From positions 18,723-82,722 of the forward strand of contig DATKPA010000037.1 of assembly GCA_035524355.1 (NCBI GenBank): a stretch of DNA of 64,000 bases. Direction: 5' to 3'. Of this stretch, positions 39,734 through 49,326 are shown in pieces (position 1 is the stretch's first letter; each line of letters begins with the position of its first letter). Source of the DNA: Phycisphaerae bacterium (GTDB lineage: Bacteria > Planctomycetota > Phycisphaerae > WQYP01). A program made the translations under genes and the position numbers. The notes beneath the pieces are model-generated. The model did no database searches, had not been told where the DNA came from, and saw only the letters and a list, made by a program, of their open reading frames with translations.

Positions 39734-41103
39734 GCACTGCAGCAGCGATCGCCGCCGTGACTGCTTCCATTCAGAATCTGCTGAATGACGGGCTTCAGAA
39801 GGCGCGTGGGCTGGGGATAGTCGCGGCGGACGCGAAAGTGACATCGGTCGCGCCGGACCGACTGGGGGAAAACCCTTCGTCGAGCCTTGTCCTGTTTTTG
39901 TATGACGTATCACCAAACACGGGGTGGGCGAACCAACGACTTCCGAGCCGCGATACGGGAGGAAGCCGCATCGCCAATCCCTATTTAGCGCTCGACCTGT
40001 GCTACATGCTGACGGCGTATGGCAATGTGGATTGCGAGGCGGAGTTGTTGCTGGGTCATGCGATGCAGGCGCTGCACGAGACGCCGGGACTGACGCGGGA
40101 TTTCATTCGCACAGTGCTCGATCCGGGACCGCCCGATGGGGCTGGAAACCCATTGCCGCAAGTATTCCGGACGGGCGCGGTCAATCTGGCGGAACAGATT
40201 GAGCTGATCAAGATCACCCCGAAGTATTTGAGCATCGACGATCTGTCCAAGATCTGGGCCAGTCTGCAATGTCACTATCGGCCGAGCACGGCGTACCAGG
40301 TGACGGTGGTGCTGATCGAAGCGGCGAATCCGGTCGGAAATGCCCCGCCGGTGCTGCGCATCGGGGCGCTCGATCGTGGTCCTGTTGTCCAGGCGAACAT
40401 GCTGCCGCCATTTCCGACCTTGATTGCAGTGGTGCCACCGGCGGGCCAAGCGGCGGCGCCAATCAGCGGCAAGGTGAGTTTTTTCGGGCATCATCTTGCG
40501 GGGACAGGACATCGTGTGGTTCTGCGCAATCCGCAACTCGATGTCACGATCGCTCTGGATGGAGGCGCATTGAATGTGACCAAGCCGGGACTGAGCCCGA
40601 GCGATCTCGCAGCGAACGCACTTTTGCGGTTTGCGGACACGCGCATAGACGCCGACCTGAGCAAGGTTGCAGCGGGCACCTGGCGGGCAGGCGTGTACAG
40701 CGTCAGTATAGAGCTGACGCCAAATGGATCGAGCGAGGCGCGAGCGACGAATTCGATGCCGCTGGCGATTGCACCCTCCTTCGCGACGAGCGGTCCGGAT
40801 AAGCCGGTGGTCGTCAAGGGGCCGAGCAACCTGCTGAGCATCACGCTCACCACATCGCCGATGATCGCGCCGCGGCAAGGGGCGAGCGTCATTCTGGGGT
40901 CGCAGGAAATCCCGATGAGTGATATCGCGGCTCCGACGAACAAGCCGGTATTCCAAGGCGTCGTGCCGTCGGACATGCTGGGCGGGCCGCAGGATTATCT
41001 CGCGCGGCTGCGGGTGGCGGGCGTGGAAAGCCAGTACATCCGTTATTTCGACAAACCGATACCGCCGGAATTCGACCCCACACAGCGGATCACGATCCCA
41101 TGA
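39730..41103 (+). CDS. DUF4255 (Pvc16/Afp16-like) tail terminator/cap protein with long C-terminal extension
   Basis: 457 aa; …SSLVLFLYDVSPNTGWANQ…NPYLALDLCYMLTAYG…AELLLGHAMQALHETP… matches Pvc16_N pattern; ATGA coupling with flanking genes. Confidence 0.7.
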   Translation: MSTAAAIAAVTASIQNLLNDGLQKARGLGIVAADAKVTSVAPDRLGENPSSSLVLFLYDVSPNTGWANQRLPSRDTGGSRIANPYLALDLCYMLTAYGNVDCEAELLLGHAMQALHETPGLTRDFIRTVLDPGPPDGAGNPLPQVFRTGAVNLAEQIELIKITPKYLSIDDLSKIWASLQCHYRPSTAYQVTVVLIEAANPVGNAPPVLRIGALDRGPVVQANMLPPFPTLIAVVPPAGQAAAPISGKVSFFGHHLAGTGHRVVLRNPQLDVTIALDGGALNVTKPGLSPSDLAANALLRFADTRIDADLSKVAAGTWRAGVYSVSIELTPNGSSEARATNSMPLAIAPSFATSGPDKPVVVKGPSNLLSITLTTSPMIAPRQGASVILGSQEIPMSDIAAPTNKPVFQGVVPSDMLGGPQDYLARLRVAGVESQYIRYFDKPIPPEFDPTQRITIP

Positions 41104-43052
41104 TGCGAGAGGCAGCTTCAATTTCTTCGGACGTAGATCAGCAAGCACTGATGGTTGCGCTCGATCGGATTCGAGGGTTCATCGAGGCGTATTGTGCAAA
41201 GCATGCGGAGGCGAAGGGAGAGGAAGATCCGTCCGAGGATCACCAGGAAATCGCCATCGAGGCCGAGTCGGCGCTGGCCCGGTTGTGCGAGGCGTTTCGG
41301 CTGTCGGAATTTGAGCGGGATATTCTGCTTTTGTGCGTCGGTTCTGATCTCGACGGGCGATTCGCGAGGGCGGTCGCTGCAACAGGTGGACGGCCTTCCT
41401 TCGGCATGGCGCTGACGGTGCTGCCGAAGGCGCATTGGAGCGCGATTGCACCGTCCGGGCCGCTGCGATATTGGCGATTGATTGAGCCAAGCGAGGGGGA
41501 TGCGCTGACCTGTCGGCCGCTGAGAGTAGATGAGCGTGTGCTGCACTTTCTCATGGGCGTCGCCAGCCCTGACGAAAGGTTGCGCGGCGTAATGCGAGCG
41601 CTTAAACCTCCGAAGCTCGTGGCTCCGTCGCAGAGGAAGGTTGTGGCGCGGGTACTGGAGGCGTGGCGGGGCGCTGAAAGCGGTCGCCCACTCATTGAAT
41701 TGCATGGACGACCTGCTGATGCACGAGTCATCGCAGCGGCGGCGGCGGCGGCAGCGGGATGGACGGTTCACCAGATCGACAGTGCATCGCTTACGGCGAG
41801 TGGCATGGGGTTTCAGAATGCCGCGAGATTGATCGAGCGCGAGGCGGTGCTCTCGAATAGGGTGCCGCTGATCGACGCCACCGACGTTGACGCCTCCAAC
41901 ATCGAACGGCTCAATGCGATGGTGGAGGCACTGGAATGTCCGACGTTTCTCTGCACGACGGATTCGATCAGCAACATCAATCGTTCAGTGATCCGGATCG
42001 AAGCGCCGGCGGTTTCTCCGCAGGAGATTTCGGCCGTATGGCGGGGTTCGCTTGGGCCGCTGGCGAAGGGATTGAATGGGGAACTGGATCGTGTATCGCG
42101 GCAGTTTCCGTTGCAGCCCGACGAGATTGCGGAGGTTGCGGCATCGCTATCCGGCCCGGGAATGGAGGATTGCACCCATGTGGAACGGGCGGCAGTCCTG
42201 TGGAAGGCGTGCCGGGGGCTGGGACGCGATCGATTCGGGTCGCTTGCACATCGGATTGAACCTGGTGCCCGGTGGGGCGATCTGGTGTTACCGGAAGTGC
42301 AGCTCCGAACATTGCAGCAGATGGCGGCACATGTGCGGAATCGGTGGAAGGTGTATGAGACGTGGGGATTTGCGGGCCGCGGCAGCCGGGGTCTCGGAAT
42401 CAGCGCGTTGTTTTCAGGGCCGAGCGGGGCGGGAAAGACGATGGCGGCGGAAGTGCTGGGTTCGGAACTGGAGCTCGATCTGTTTCGAATCGACCTGAGC
42501 GCGGTCTGCAGCAAGTACATAGGGGAGACGGAGAAGAATCTGAAGCGGATATTCGACGCGGCAGAGGCGAGCAGCGCGATTCTGCTGTTTGACGAGGCGG
42601 ACGCGCTGTTTGGAAAGCGGAGCGAGATCAAGGACAGTCATGATCGCTACGCGAACACTGAAGTGGCCTATCTGCTTCAGCGCATGGAAAGCTTCTGTGG
42701 GCGCGGACTGGCGATATTGACGACGAATGCGGCGCACGGGGCACTCGATCAGGCATTCTGGCGGCGGCTGCGGTTTTCGGTTTCGTTTCCGTTTCCGGAT
42801 GCGGCCGCGCGCCGGGAGATCTGGGTGCGAGTGTTTCCGCCGACAGCGCCGACCGAGTCATTGGATTTCGACAAGCTGAGCCAGCTCAATGTATCGGGCG
42901 CAAGCATTCGGAACATTGCCCTCAATGCGGCGTTCCTGAGCGCGGAGGCGGGCGAGCCGATTTGCGTGAAGCACATTCTTCAGGCGGCGCATGCGGAGTG
43001 TGCCAAGCTGGAGAAGCCCCTGGGCCGGAATGAAATAGCGGGGTGGGTATGA
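41100..43052 (+). CDS. eCIS AAA+ ATPase (Afp15/Pvc15-like)
   Basis: 650 aa; C-terminal AAA module Walker A FSGPSGAGKTMAAE, Walker B ILLFDEADALF, sensor/arginine finger TTNAAHGALDQAFWRR; large N-terminal domain of unknown function. Confidence 0.85.
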   Translation: MMREAASISSDVDQQALMVALDRIRGFIEAYCAKHAEAKGEEDPSEDHQEIAIEAESALARLCEAFRLSEFERDILLLCVGSDLDGRFARAVAATGGRPSFGMALTVLPKAHWSAIAPSGPLRYWRLIEPSEGDALTCRPLRVDERVLHFLMGVASPDERLRGVMRALKPPKLVAPSQRKVVARVLEAWRGAESGRPLIELHGRPADARVIAAAAAAAAGWTVHQIDSASLTASGMGFQNAARLIEREAVLSNRVPLIDATDVDASNIERLNAMVEALECPTFLCTTDSISNINRSVIRIEAPAVSPQEISAVWRGSLGPLAKGLNGELDRVSRQFPLQPDEIAEVAASLSGPGMEDCTHVERAAVLWKACRGLGRDRFGSLAHRIEPGARWGDLVLPEVQLRTLQQMAAHVRNRWKVYETWGFAGRGSRGLGISALFSGPSGAGKTMAAEVLGSELELDLFRIDLSAVCSKYIGETEKNLKRIFDAAEASSAILLFDEADALFGKRSEIKDSHDRYANTEVAYLLQRMESFCGRGLAILTTNAAHGALDQAFWRRLRFSVSFPFPDAAARREIWVRVFPPTAPTESLDFDKLSQLNVSGASIRNIALNAAFLSAEAGEPICVKHILQAAHAECAKLEKPLGRNEIAGWV

Positions 43053-43360
43053 AGAGCGGCGGGAAGTTGCCATCGATTCACCTGCGGATTGAAAGGGTGA
43101 CGGTTCAGGGCATTCCGATGACGTCACTCGGGGCGGCGCGGCTGCAAGCGTCCATCGCCCGGGAGTTGAGCGGACTTCTCGCGCGGGGACGGCCGCTCCC
43201 TTCCGCGCCGGGGAAGCAGCCGCAGATTCGGCTGACGGCCGGTGCGGGTCCGGCGGAAATAGGACGGCAGATTGCGCGGGAGCTGTTCAGTCGCATCGAT
43301 CCGCGGATACAAAGCGCCATCAACCGGGCTCGCCAAATCAACGGGGAGGGCACGGAATGA
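43043..43360 (+). CDS. small hypothetical protein (105 aa) in eCIS operon
   Basis: overlaps ATPase stop by 10 nt and next gene by ATGA; no motif. Confidence 0.35.
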   Translation: MGMKSGGKLPSIHLRIERVTVQGIPMTSLGAARLQASIARELSGLLARGRPLPSAPGKQPQIRLTAGAGPAEIGRQIARELFSRIDPRIQSAINRARQINGEGTE

Positions 43361-46029
43361 GCAGGACGGCCACGCCCAAGCAAAAGAAGAACACTCCCGC
43401 CGTGGAGGTGAATACGCCGCAGAAGCACAGAGTAAGTGCGGTCAATGAGTTCTCAGGTCGAGGCGGCACGATTCAATCCTTCAACGTGGACGCGCTGCGG
43501 CTTCCTCCCACAAAAGGTCCCAACGCGCTGTCCCTCTACCAATCCCTGGCCAAAGGGGGCGGCCTGCAAGCGATACTCAAGGTGAACGATGTGCGAACCA
43601 AAGCGGCGCTCTGGCAGGAACGGGCGAACACGTCTGAGCTGCGCGCTCGCTGGCTGCAACGCATCGGCTGGCCCGACAGCGACGTAACGGACCAACTCTG
43701 GCAAAAGGCGGGTGGAGGTCCGGCGTTTCCCACGCTGAACGGTGAGACGCTGCAAATGGACCACATCGTCGAGTTGCAGGTTGGCGGCAACAACACGATC
43801 GAGAATATCCAGATCCTCGAACCAGGCAACAATCGAGACAGCGGCAGTGCGATCAAGAATCAGGTATTCGGGCTGGCAGAGGAGATTCTCCAGACTGAAA
43901 CCCTTTCCGACGGCGATGCGGATGAGATTCAACTCTCCTTCTCCGCTGCAGTGATGAGCGAAGCGCCTGTCCAATCGAAGGCGCTTCTCGTCGAACAAAA
44001 GGCCAAAACCATCAAGCCCCCGAAGGGATCGATGACGGCGCAAGTTACCGAGCCATATCCCATCCGAGCCGGCGGGGCCACAACGGATGTGCAAGCGCCT
44101 CCTGCGTTCGCAAAGGACAGCAAAGCAGCGCCGGTTCCGATTCTCAACGATGCCGCCAACAAACCGGCCGCGGAGCTCGTGCCCGGCTTGCTGCTGGAGA
44201 CGCTTCGGCACAACAAGTCGGCCGACGAGATCGGCGCCCGTATTGATGATCGCAATAAGACGCGCCTGCCGGTCACACTCAACGAGAAGCGCGGCGACGA
44301 TCTCGTACTGGCCGTCAACAAAACGACGCGGGTGCTGAAACAAACTTCGGCCGCAAAGGAGATTTCGTTCACGTATCCCTACCTCAGTCCAGGGGCGATT
44401 ACGAGTCTCAGGTCAGATCCGGACGGAGGCCTGAGTTTTGCGGGTTACATTGAGACAAAAATACCGTTTCTCGGAAGGCTGGATGTCGAATATTCGCGTG
44501 ACGAATTCCGACTGGTGAAAGATTTGAGCCAGACGCTCAAATCGCCGCTCCCCGGAACCCGGATCACCGAAGCCAAGTTGGCGCTGACATTGAGTCCGGA
44601 GTTGAAACCGTCGGGCTATTTCGCGTTCGCAATCGGGCCACAAAACAGGGAGTTCCTCGAAGCCCGAGTGGAAGTCTCCCGGAACGAATCAGGGCTCGTC
44701 GCCACTGGCACGATCCACGCGTTCATCCCCGGGGTGGACAAGGCCGGGGGCAACATCACGTACAGCAATGGGAACTGGTCGGGCCAGGCGACGCTGCAGG
44801 CAGACCAGCTCAAATCCAAGCTGAAGTACGTCCGCAGCGGCCAGATCACGGTGGCGTTTGACCAGGGACAAATCTCTCCCAGCGGCGAAATCGTCTTTGA
44901 TCTGCCGAGGACTGACGGCATTACTGCGAAGGTGTCGAAGCAGAACGATCGCTGGGTGTTTGATGGCGACGGCACGATCAAGATTCCACGGCTCGGCGAC
45001 CTCGGGATGCACGTCACTTATGACGGCAAATCCTTTGTCAGTAGAATCCGCCCCGGGCCGACGTTTACGCTCCTTAACGTTCAGGGCCAACTCGAAGAAC
45101 TCACGTATCGCGACGGTGCCGTCAGAGGCAAGGGATCGCTCACATACAAACGAGGCAAGGCCAGCGGAAAACTCGCTCTCGAACTAAATGAAGACGGCCG
45201 CTTTACAGGCAGCGGCGAGCTCGTTTATCAGGTGAATGATAATCTTGCCGTAACCGGCACGGCAGCATTGGACAAGGACGAAAAGCTTCAGGTTAAAGGG
45301 AAACTCACCTACAACCGAGCGATTGAGATTCCACACACGAAGTTCGGCGGAGAAAAGGCGCTTTTCGACGCGGGAATAACGATTCCGATACCAGGTCTTT
45401 CGTTGGGGCCCGCCGTGGGGCTGAAGGCGCGGATTGAAGGATCGCTCTCAGCGGGCTTCAGCATTGGACCGGCGCAGATCCGCAAGATCGAAATCGGAGC
45501 GGCTTTTAATCCGCTTGAGCCCAACACGAATATTGAAATTACCGGTGCTGCCGAGTTCTTCATGCCTGCCAGCGCTCATGTTGCCGGAGCGATCCGCGCC
45601 GGAATAATGCTGGACGCATTCATCGGTGATATCACGGGCGGCCTGGAGGTTCGCGCGCGGGCGGATCTTGATGGATCATTCACCGCGCCGGTCAACGTGT
45701 CCTGCACGCCAAAGCGTTTTTCGCTTGATGCGCAATTCGAATTAATGCTGAACCTCGCGCTCCTCCTCGGCATCGACGCGTGGCTGCGCGCCAGGGCGGG
45801 CATTGCCCCATTCGACGTGGAGACCGAAAAGCGATGGACGCTGGCCGAGAGGAAGATCGACAGCGGCCTGAAATTCGGGGTGCGGGCGCCGATCCACTAC
45901 GCGTCGGATGAAGCCTTTATCCCCCCTTCATGGGACAGCATCGAATTCATCAAGCCCACGATCGACTTCAGCAAACTGCTGGATCGCGCGATTTCGTCCG
46001 CACAGCCAATACAGAAAGCGGGAGGGTAG
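43357..46029 (+). CDS. large eCIS-encoded protein with N-terminal HNH-like (beta-beta-alpha-Me) nuclease motif and Gly-rich beta C-terminal region; candidate payload or atypical tail-length protein
   Basis: 890 aa; …LQMDHIVELQVGGNNTIENIQILEPGNNRDSG… (res ~134-163) resembles HNH/EndoVII motif (DH…N…N); occupies the position of the tape measure in P2-like gene order; C-terminal 600 aa not helical-looking. Confidence 0.4.
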   Translation: MSRTATPKQKKNTPAVEVNTPQKHRVSAVNEFSGRGGTIQSFNVDALRLPPTKGPNALSLYQSLAKGGGLQAILKVNDVRTKAALWQERANTSELRARWLQRIGWPDSDVTDQLWQKAGGGPAFPTLNGETLQMDHIVELQVGGNNTIENIQILEPGNNRDSGSAIKNQVFGLAEEILQTETLSDGDADEIQLSFSAAVMSEAPVQSKALLVEQKAKTIKPPKGSMTAQVTEPYPIRAGGATTDVQAPPAFAKDSKAAPVPILNDAANKPAAELVPGLLLETLRHNKSADEIGARIDDRNKTRLPVTLNEKRGDDLVLAVNKTTRVLKQTSAAKEISFTYPYLSPGAITSLRSDPDGGLSFAGYIETKIPFLGRLDVEYSRDEFRLVKDLSQTLKSPLPGTRITEAKLALTLSPELKPSGYFAFAIGPQNREFLEARVEVSRNESGLVATGTIHAFIPGVDKAGGNITYSNGNWSGQATLQADQLKSKLKYVRSGQITVAFDQGQISPSGEIVFDLPRTDGITAKVSKQNDRWVFDGDGTIKIPRLGDLGMHVTYDGKSFVSRIRPGPTFTLLNVQGQLEELTYRDGAVRGKGSLTYKRGKASGKLALELNEDGRFTGSGELVYQVNDNLAVTGTAALDKDEKLQVKGKLTYNRAIEIPHTKFGGEKALFDAGITIPIPGLSLGPAVGLKARIEGSLSAGFSIGPAQIRKIEIGAAFNPLEPNTNIEITGAAEFFMPASAHVAGAIRAGIMLDAFIGDITGGLEVRARADLDGSFTAPVNVSCTPKRFSLDAQFELMLNLALLLGIDAWLRARAGIAPFDVETEKRWTLAERKIDSGLKFGVRAPIHYASDEAFIPPSWDSIEFIKPTIDFSKLLDRAISSAQPIQKAGG

Positions 46030-46032
46030 CGA

Positions 46033-46695
46033 ATGGGCTCGGCTCCAACATCTCCGCGCGTACAGAAGGGGGCGCTGATCGGCTTCGATGCGGCCAATCC
46101 GCTGGCGAGCGTTGTTGTGTTTCAGTACAACCCGGAGACTGTCACCCGCACGCTCGCCGCCCAGACCGCAGGGACGCCCCCTCCACACAGCACAACTGCG
46201 CCGTCCGACGCCCAACGGCTGATCGGTCCCCCCAATGAGACGATCAAGCTCGACGTGGTCATAGACGCGACCGACCAACTCGAGAAAGGGGACGCCACGG
46301 CAACCAGCGTGGGCATATATCCGCAGCTTTCCGCACTGGAAATGCTTCTGTATCCCAAGAGCACCCTCGTCATTGCCAACGAAGTGCTGTTGCGCGCGGG
46401 GGTGATCGAGGTGATTCCCGCGGAAGCGCCGCTTGCGATTCTCGTGTGGGGGCCCAAACGTGTGCTGCCGGTGCGGGTCAACGAGTTTTCGATCACGGAG
46501 GAAATGTTCGACCCCAACCTGAATCCGATCCAGGCGAAAGTGTCCCTGTCGATGCGCGTGCTGAACTATCGCGATCTCGGCCTTCTGAGCGTCGGCGGCG
46601 GTCTGTTCATGGCGCATCAAATGGCGAAAGAGGGTTTGGCGACGCTGAACGGCGCGAACAACATCGGGCCGATAGCAAGCGCCATTGGAGTATAG
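46033..46695 (+). CDS. tube-like / tube-initiator baseplate protein (gp48/gp54- or Pvc5/7-like), tentative
   Basis: 220 aa; …LASVVVFQYNPETVTRTLAAQ… N-terminal block reminiscent of tube-fold proteins; position between putative length determinant and hub. Confidence 0.35.
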   Translation: MGSAPTSPRVQKGALIGFDAANPLASVVVFQYNPETVTRTLAAQTAGTPPPHSTTAPSDAQRLIGPPNETIKLDVVIDATDQLEKGDATATSVGIYPQLSALEMLLYPKSTLVIANEVLLRAGVIEVIPAEAPLAILVWGPKRVLPVRVNEFSITEEMFDPNLNPIQAKVSLSMRVLNYRDLGLLSVGGGLFMAHQMAKEGLATLNGANNIGPIASAIGV

Positions 46696-46697
46696 AC

Positions 46698-47003
46698 ATG
46701 TTCGATCCGACGAGCCGGTACAGCAAAATGGATATCAAAACGATCGCCGTAATGGGTGCAGACGGGGAACCTCGGGCTATCCGATATATAGCCCGCCGAT
46801 TTGTGCCGCAGCCGGGCGTCAATCCGCAGATGGTGAAGCATAAAGTCGCGGAGCAAGACCGCATCGACAATGTGACGGCGAAATACCTGGGCGATCCGAC
46901 GCAATTCTGGAGGGTGGCCGATGCAAACGCCGTGACGACGCGCCCCGAAGAACTGACCAGCGAAATAAACAGCGTCATTGTGATTCCGATACCCGTGATG
47001 TGA
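46698..47003 (+). CDS. LysM-like tail protein (P2 gpX-like)
   Basis: 101 aa from MFDPTSRY…; …HKVAEQDRIDNVTAKYLGDPTQFWRVADANAV… LysM-type motif. Confidence 0.55.
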   Translation: MFDPTSRYSKMDIKTIAVMGADGEPRAIRYIARRFVPQPGVNPQMVKHKVAEQDRIDNVTAKYLGDPTQFWRVADANAVTTRPEELTSEINSVIVIPIPVM

Positions 47004-47012
47004 GGGCAACAG

Positions 47013-48131
47013 GTGCTTGAGAGCTTGTTTGGAATTCGGCTGCTGTTGTGGATCGGACAGACGGTGCCGCTGCCCGCGTCGTACGAAGCGGCCACGTCCC
47101 TGGCAGGAGTGGAAGTGACGAACGATTCATCCAAGGCGGACGGGTTCAAGCTGACGTTCGCGGTCGGGCGAAACGGCGTTGGCGATTACGGATTACTGCA
47201 AAGCGGCGAATTGGCGCCGATGAACCGCGTGATCGTCGGGGTGATCTTCGGGGTGGTGCCGGAGGTTCTGATCGACGGAATCATCACGCAGGTGCACCTC
47301 GATCCGAGCAGCACTCCGGGGCAGAGCACTCTGACCGTCATGGGCCAGGAACTTGCCGTGCTTATGGACCTGGAAGAGAAGAATCTGAGCTATGAAAACC
47401 AGCCGGATTCGGTGATTGCGATGCGCGTACTTACGGGATATGCCCAATACGGCATCATTCCGCAGCCGTCGGCAACAACGGACGTGCCCATCCAGGTGGA
47501 ACGGATACCGCGGCAGCAGGAGACGGATTTGAAGTTTCTCCTGCGATTGGCGCAGCGGAACGGATTTGTGTTTTACCTCGAACCGGAAACGGTGGGGATG
47601 AACAGAGCGTACTGGGGGCCGGAGAACCGGCTGGGCATTCCGCAGCCGGCACTCTCAATGGACATGGGCGCTTCCACAAATGTGGCGAGCCTTGCATTTT
47701 CAGATGATGCCTTGGCCGCGACGGCCACGAAGGGGACTGTGATTGAGCCGATCACGCGGACATCGCTGCCGATCCCGCCGCTCCCGTCTCTGAGGATTCC
47801 ACCGCTGGTTACCTCCCCGGCGCGGGCCTATCGAACGACTCTTCAGCGGGAGACTGCGAACCAGAGTCCGACGACTGCGGCGACGCGATCGCTTGCCAGC
47901 ACGACAAACGCGCCCGACTCGGCCACCGCTCAGGGCGAGGCGGACGGCGTTCGGTACGGTTCAGCGCTTCGGGCGCGAAGGCTCGTGGGCGTGCGCGGCG
48001 CGGGGTCCAGCCACGACGGCTTGTGGTACGTCAAAGCGGTAACGCACACGATTTCCCGCGGCCAGTACACGCAGCGATTTTCGCTGAGTCGTGAAGGGAT
48101 TGGAACGCTCACACCGGTGGTGCTGCCATGA
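47013..48131 (+). CDS. baseplate hub protein (P2 late control gene D / gp27-VgrG-like)
   Basis: 372 aa; C-terminal …GVRYGSALRARRLVGVRGAGSSHDGLWYVKAVTHTISRGQYTQRFSLSREG… typical of gpD family. Confidence 0.6.
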   Translation: MLESLFGIRLLLWIGQTVPLPASYEAATSLAGVEVTNDSSKADGFKLTFAVGRNGVGDYGLLQSGELAPMNRVIVGVIFGVVPEVLIDGIITQVHLDPSSTPGQSTLTVMGQELAVLMDLEEKNLSYENQPDSVIAMRVLTGYAQYGIIPQPSATTDVPIQVERIPRQQETDLKFLLRLAQRNGFVFYLEPETVGMNRAYWGPENRLGIPQPALSMDMGASTNVASLAFSDDALAATATKGTVIEPITRTSLPIPPLPSLRIPPLVTSPARAYRTTLQRETANQSPTTAATRSLASTTNAPDSATAQGEADGVRYGSALRARRLVGVRGAGSSHDGLWYVKAVTHTISRGQYTQRFSLSREGIGTLTPVVLP

Positions 48132-48628
48132 GTGACGGATTTTTCGGAAAATTTCGGGGTGTCGTGACGGACATTGAGGATCCGCTTCAAATTGGACGCG
48201 TCCGCGCACGGGTGCCGGACGTTATGGGAGACCAGGAGAGCGGGTGGGCGATGCCGTGTTTCGCGTTCGGCGGCCAGGGCATGGGGTTGTTCGCGCTGCC
48301 GAAGGTTGGTGCAGGGGTGTGGATCGAATTTGAGCACGGTGATCCGGATTATCCGATCTGGAGCGGCTGCTGGTATGGGTCGGTCAGCGACGTGCCCCCG
48401 GAGTTGTTGACGCCCCCGTACAAAAAAGTGCTGCTTAAAACTGCGGATGGGACGAGCATCTTACTGGACGATACGCCGGGTGTCGGAGGAATTACGTTGG
48501 AAACGTCGGGGGGGCAGAAGATCGTGGTTTCCCAGACGGGAATAGAGATCAACAACGGGATGGGCGCAGCGATCAAGCTGACGGCCGCGCAGGTTTCTGT
48601 CAACGATGGCGCTTTGGATGTGATGTGA
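48128..48628 (+). CDS. baseplate spike protein (P2 gpV / gp5 N-terminal OB-fold)
   Basis: 166 aa; …FRGVVTDIEDPLQIGRVRARVP…ESGWAMPCFAFGGQGMGLFALPKVGAGVWIEFEHGDPDYPIWSGCW… gpV signature. Confidence 0.8.
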   Translation: MSDGFFGKFRGVVTDIEDPLQIGRVRARVPDVMGDQESGWAMPCFAFGGQGMGLFALPKVGAGVWIEFEHGDPDYPIWSGCWYGSVSDVPPELLTPPYKKVLLKTADGTSILLDDTPGVGGITLETSGGQKIVVSQTGIEINNGMGAAIKLTAAQVSVNDGALDVM

Positions 48629-48652
48629 TTCGACCCATCAATGGAGCCTCAA

Positions 48653-48970
48653 ATGCCCGGATTTGTACTTCATCAAGGCGCGACGGTGCTGTGCATGCAT
48701 GGCGGGCAGGCGCAGCCGACCGTGCCGAACCCCCGCGTGCGTGTCGCCGGCCAGCCGACGGTGCAGCAGCCGAACCCCTACATCGTCGCCGGTTGCCCGT
48801 TCGCGCCGGGCGCTCCCAGCCCGTGTGTGACCGCCCAATGGACCGTGGCGGCCATGCGGGTGAAATCCGGGGGTTTGCCCCTGCTTCTCCAGGACAGCCA
48901 GGCGGTTTGCGCTCCCAATGGCACCGGCGTCACCATCGTGGCTCTCCAGACGAGGGTGAAAGCACAGTGA
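48653..48970 (+). CDS. DUF4280 / PAAR-like spike-tip protein
   Basis: ~105 aa; …GATVLCMHGGQAQPTV…AGCPFAPGAPSPCVTAQW…AVCAPNGTGVTIV… conserved Cys pattern of DUF4280. Confidence 0.6.
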   Translation: MPGFVLHQGATVLCMHGGQAQPTVPNPRVRVAGQPTVQQPNPYIVAGCPFAPGAPSPCVTAQWTVAAMRVKSGGLPLLLQDSQAVCAPNGTGVTIVALQTRVKAQ

Positions 48971-49326
48971 ATATCGCCTTCCCATACCAGTTCAACACCT
49001 TCTATCGAACCGCCGAGGCGACCGATGACCAGCACATCATCGATCTTCTGGAACAACTCCTTTTCACCTCCCCCGGCGAGCGGGTGAACCGCCCCAGCTT
49101 TGGCAGCGGGTTGCTTCAGATTCTGTTCGGCCCGACCAGCCCCGAGCTTGCGGCGGCCACCCAACTGATGATGCAGGGCGCCATTCAGCAGTACATGGGC
49201 AGCCTGATCCATGTTGATTCCATTGATGTGGTCAGCGAAGAGGCGACGGTGCAGGTCACGGTTCGATACCTCAATCGAAGGACGCAGCAGCGGCAGATCG
49301 CGCAGTTGACGAGGAGCGCACCGTGA
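48967..49326 (+). CDS. gp25-like baseplate wedge protein (GPW/lysozyme-like)
   Basis: 119 aa, GTG start overlapping previous stop; …TSPGERVNRPSFGSGL…IDVVSEEATVQVTVRY… gp25/GPW blocks. Confidence 0.75.
   Translation: MNIAFPYQFNTFYRTAEATDDQHIIDLLEQLLFTSPGERVNRPSFGSGLLQILFGPTSPELAAATQLMMQGAIQQYMGSLIHVDSIDVVSEEATVQVTVRYLNRRTQQRQIAQLTRSAP

Noticed and set aside
39985-41148. 387-aa minus-strand ORF
   Set aside because: Antisense to DUF4255 cap gene within a tightly coupled + strand operon.
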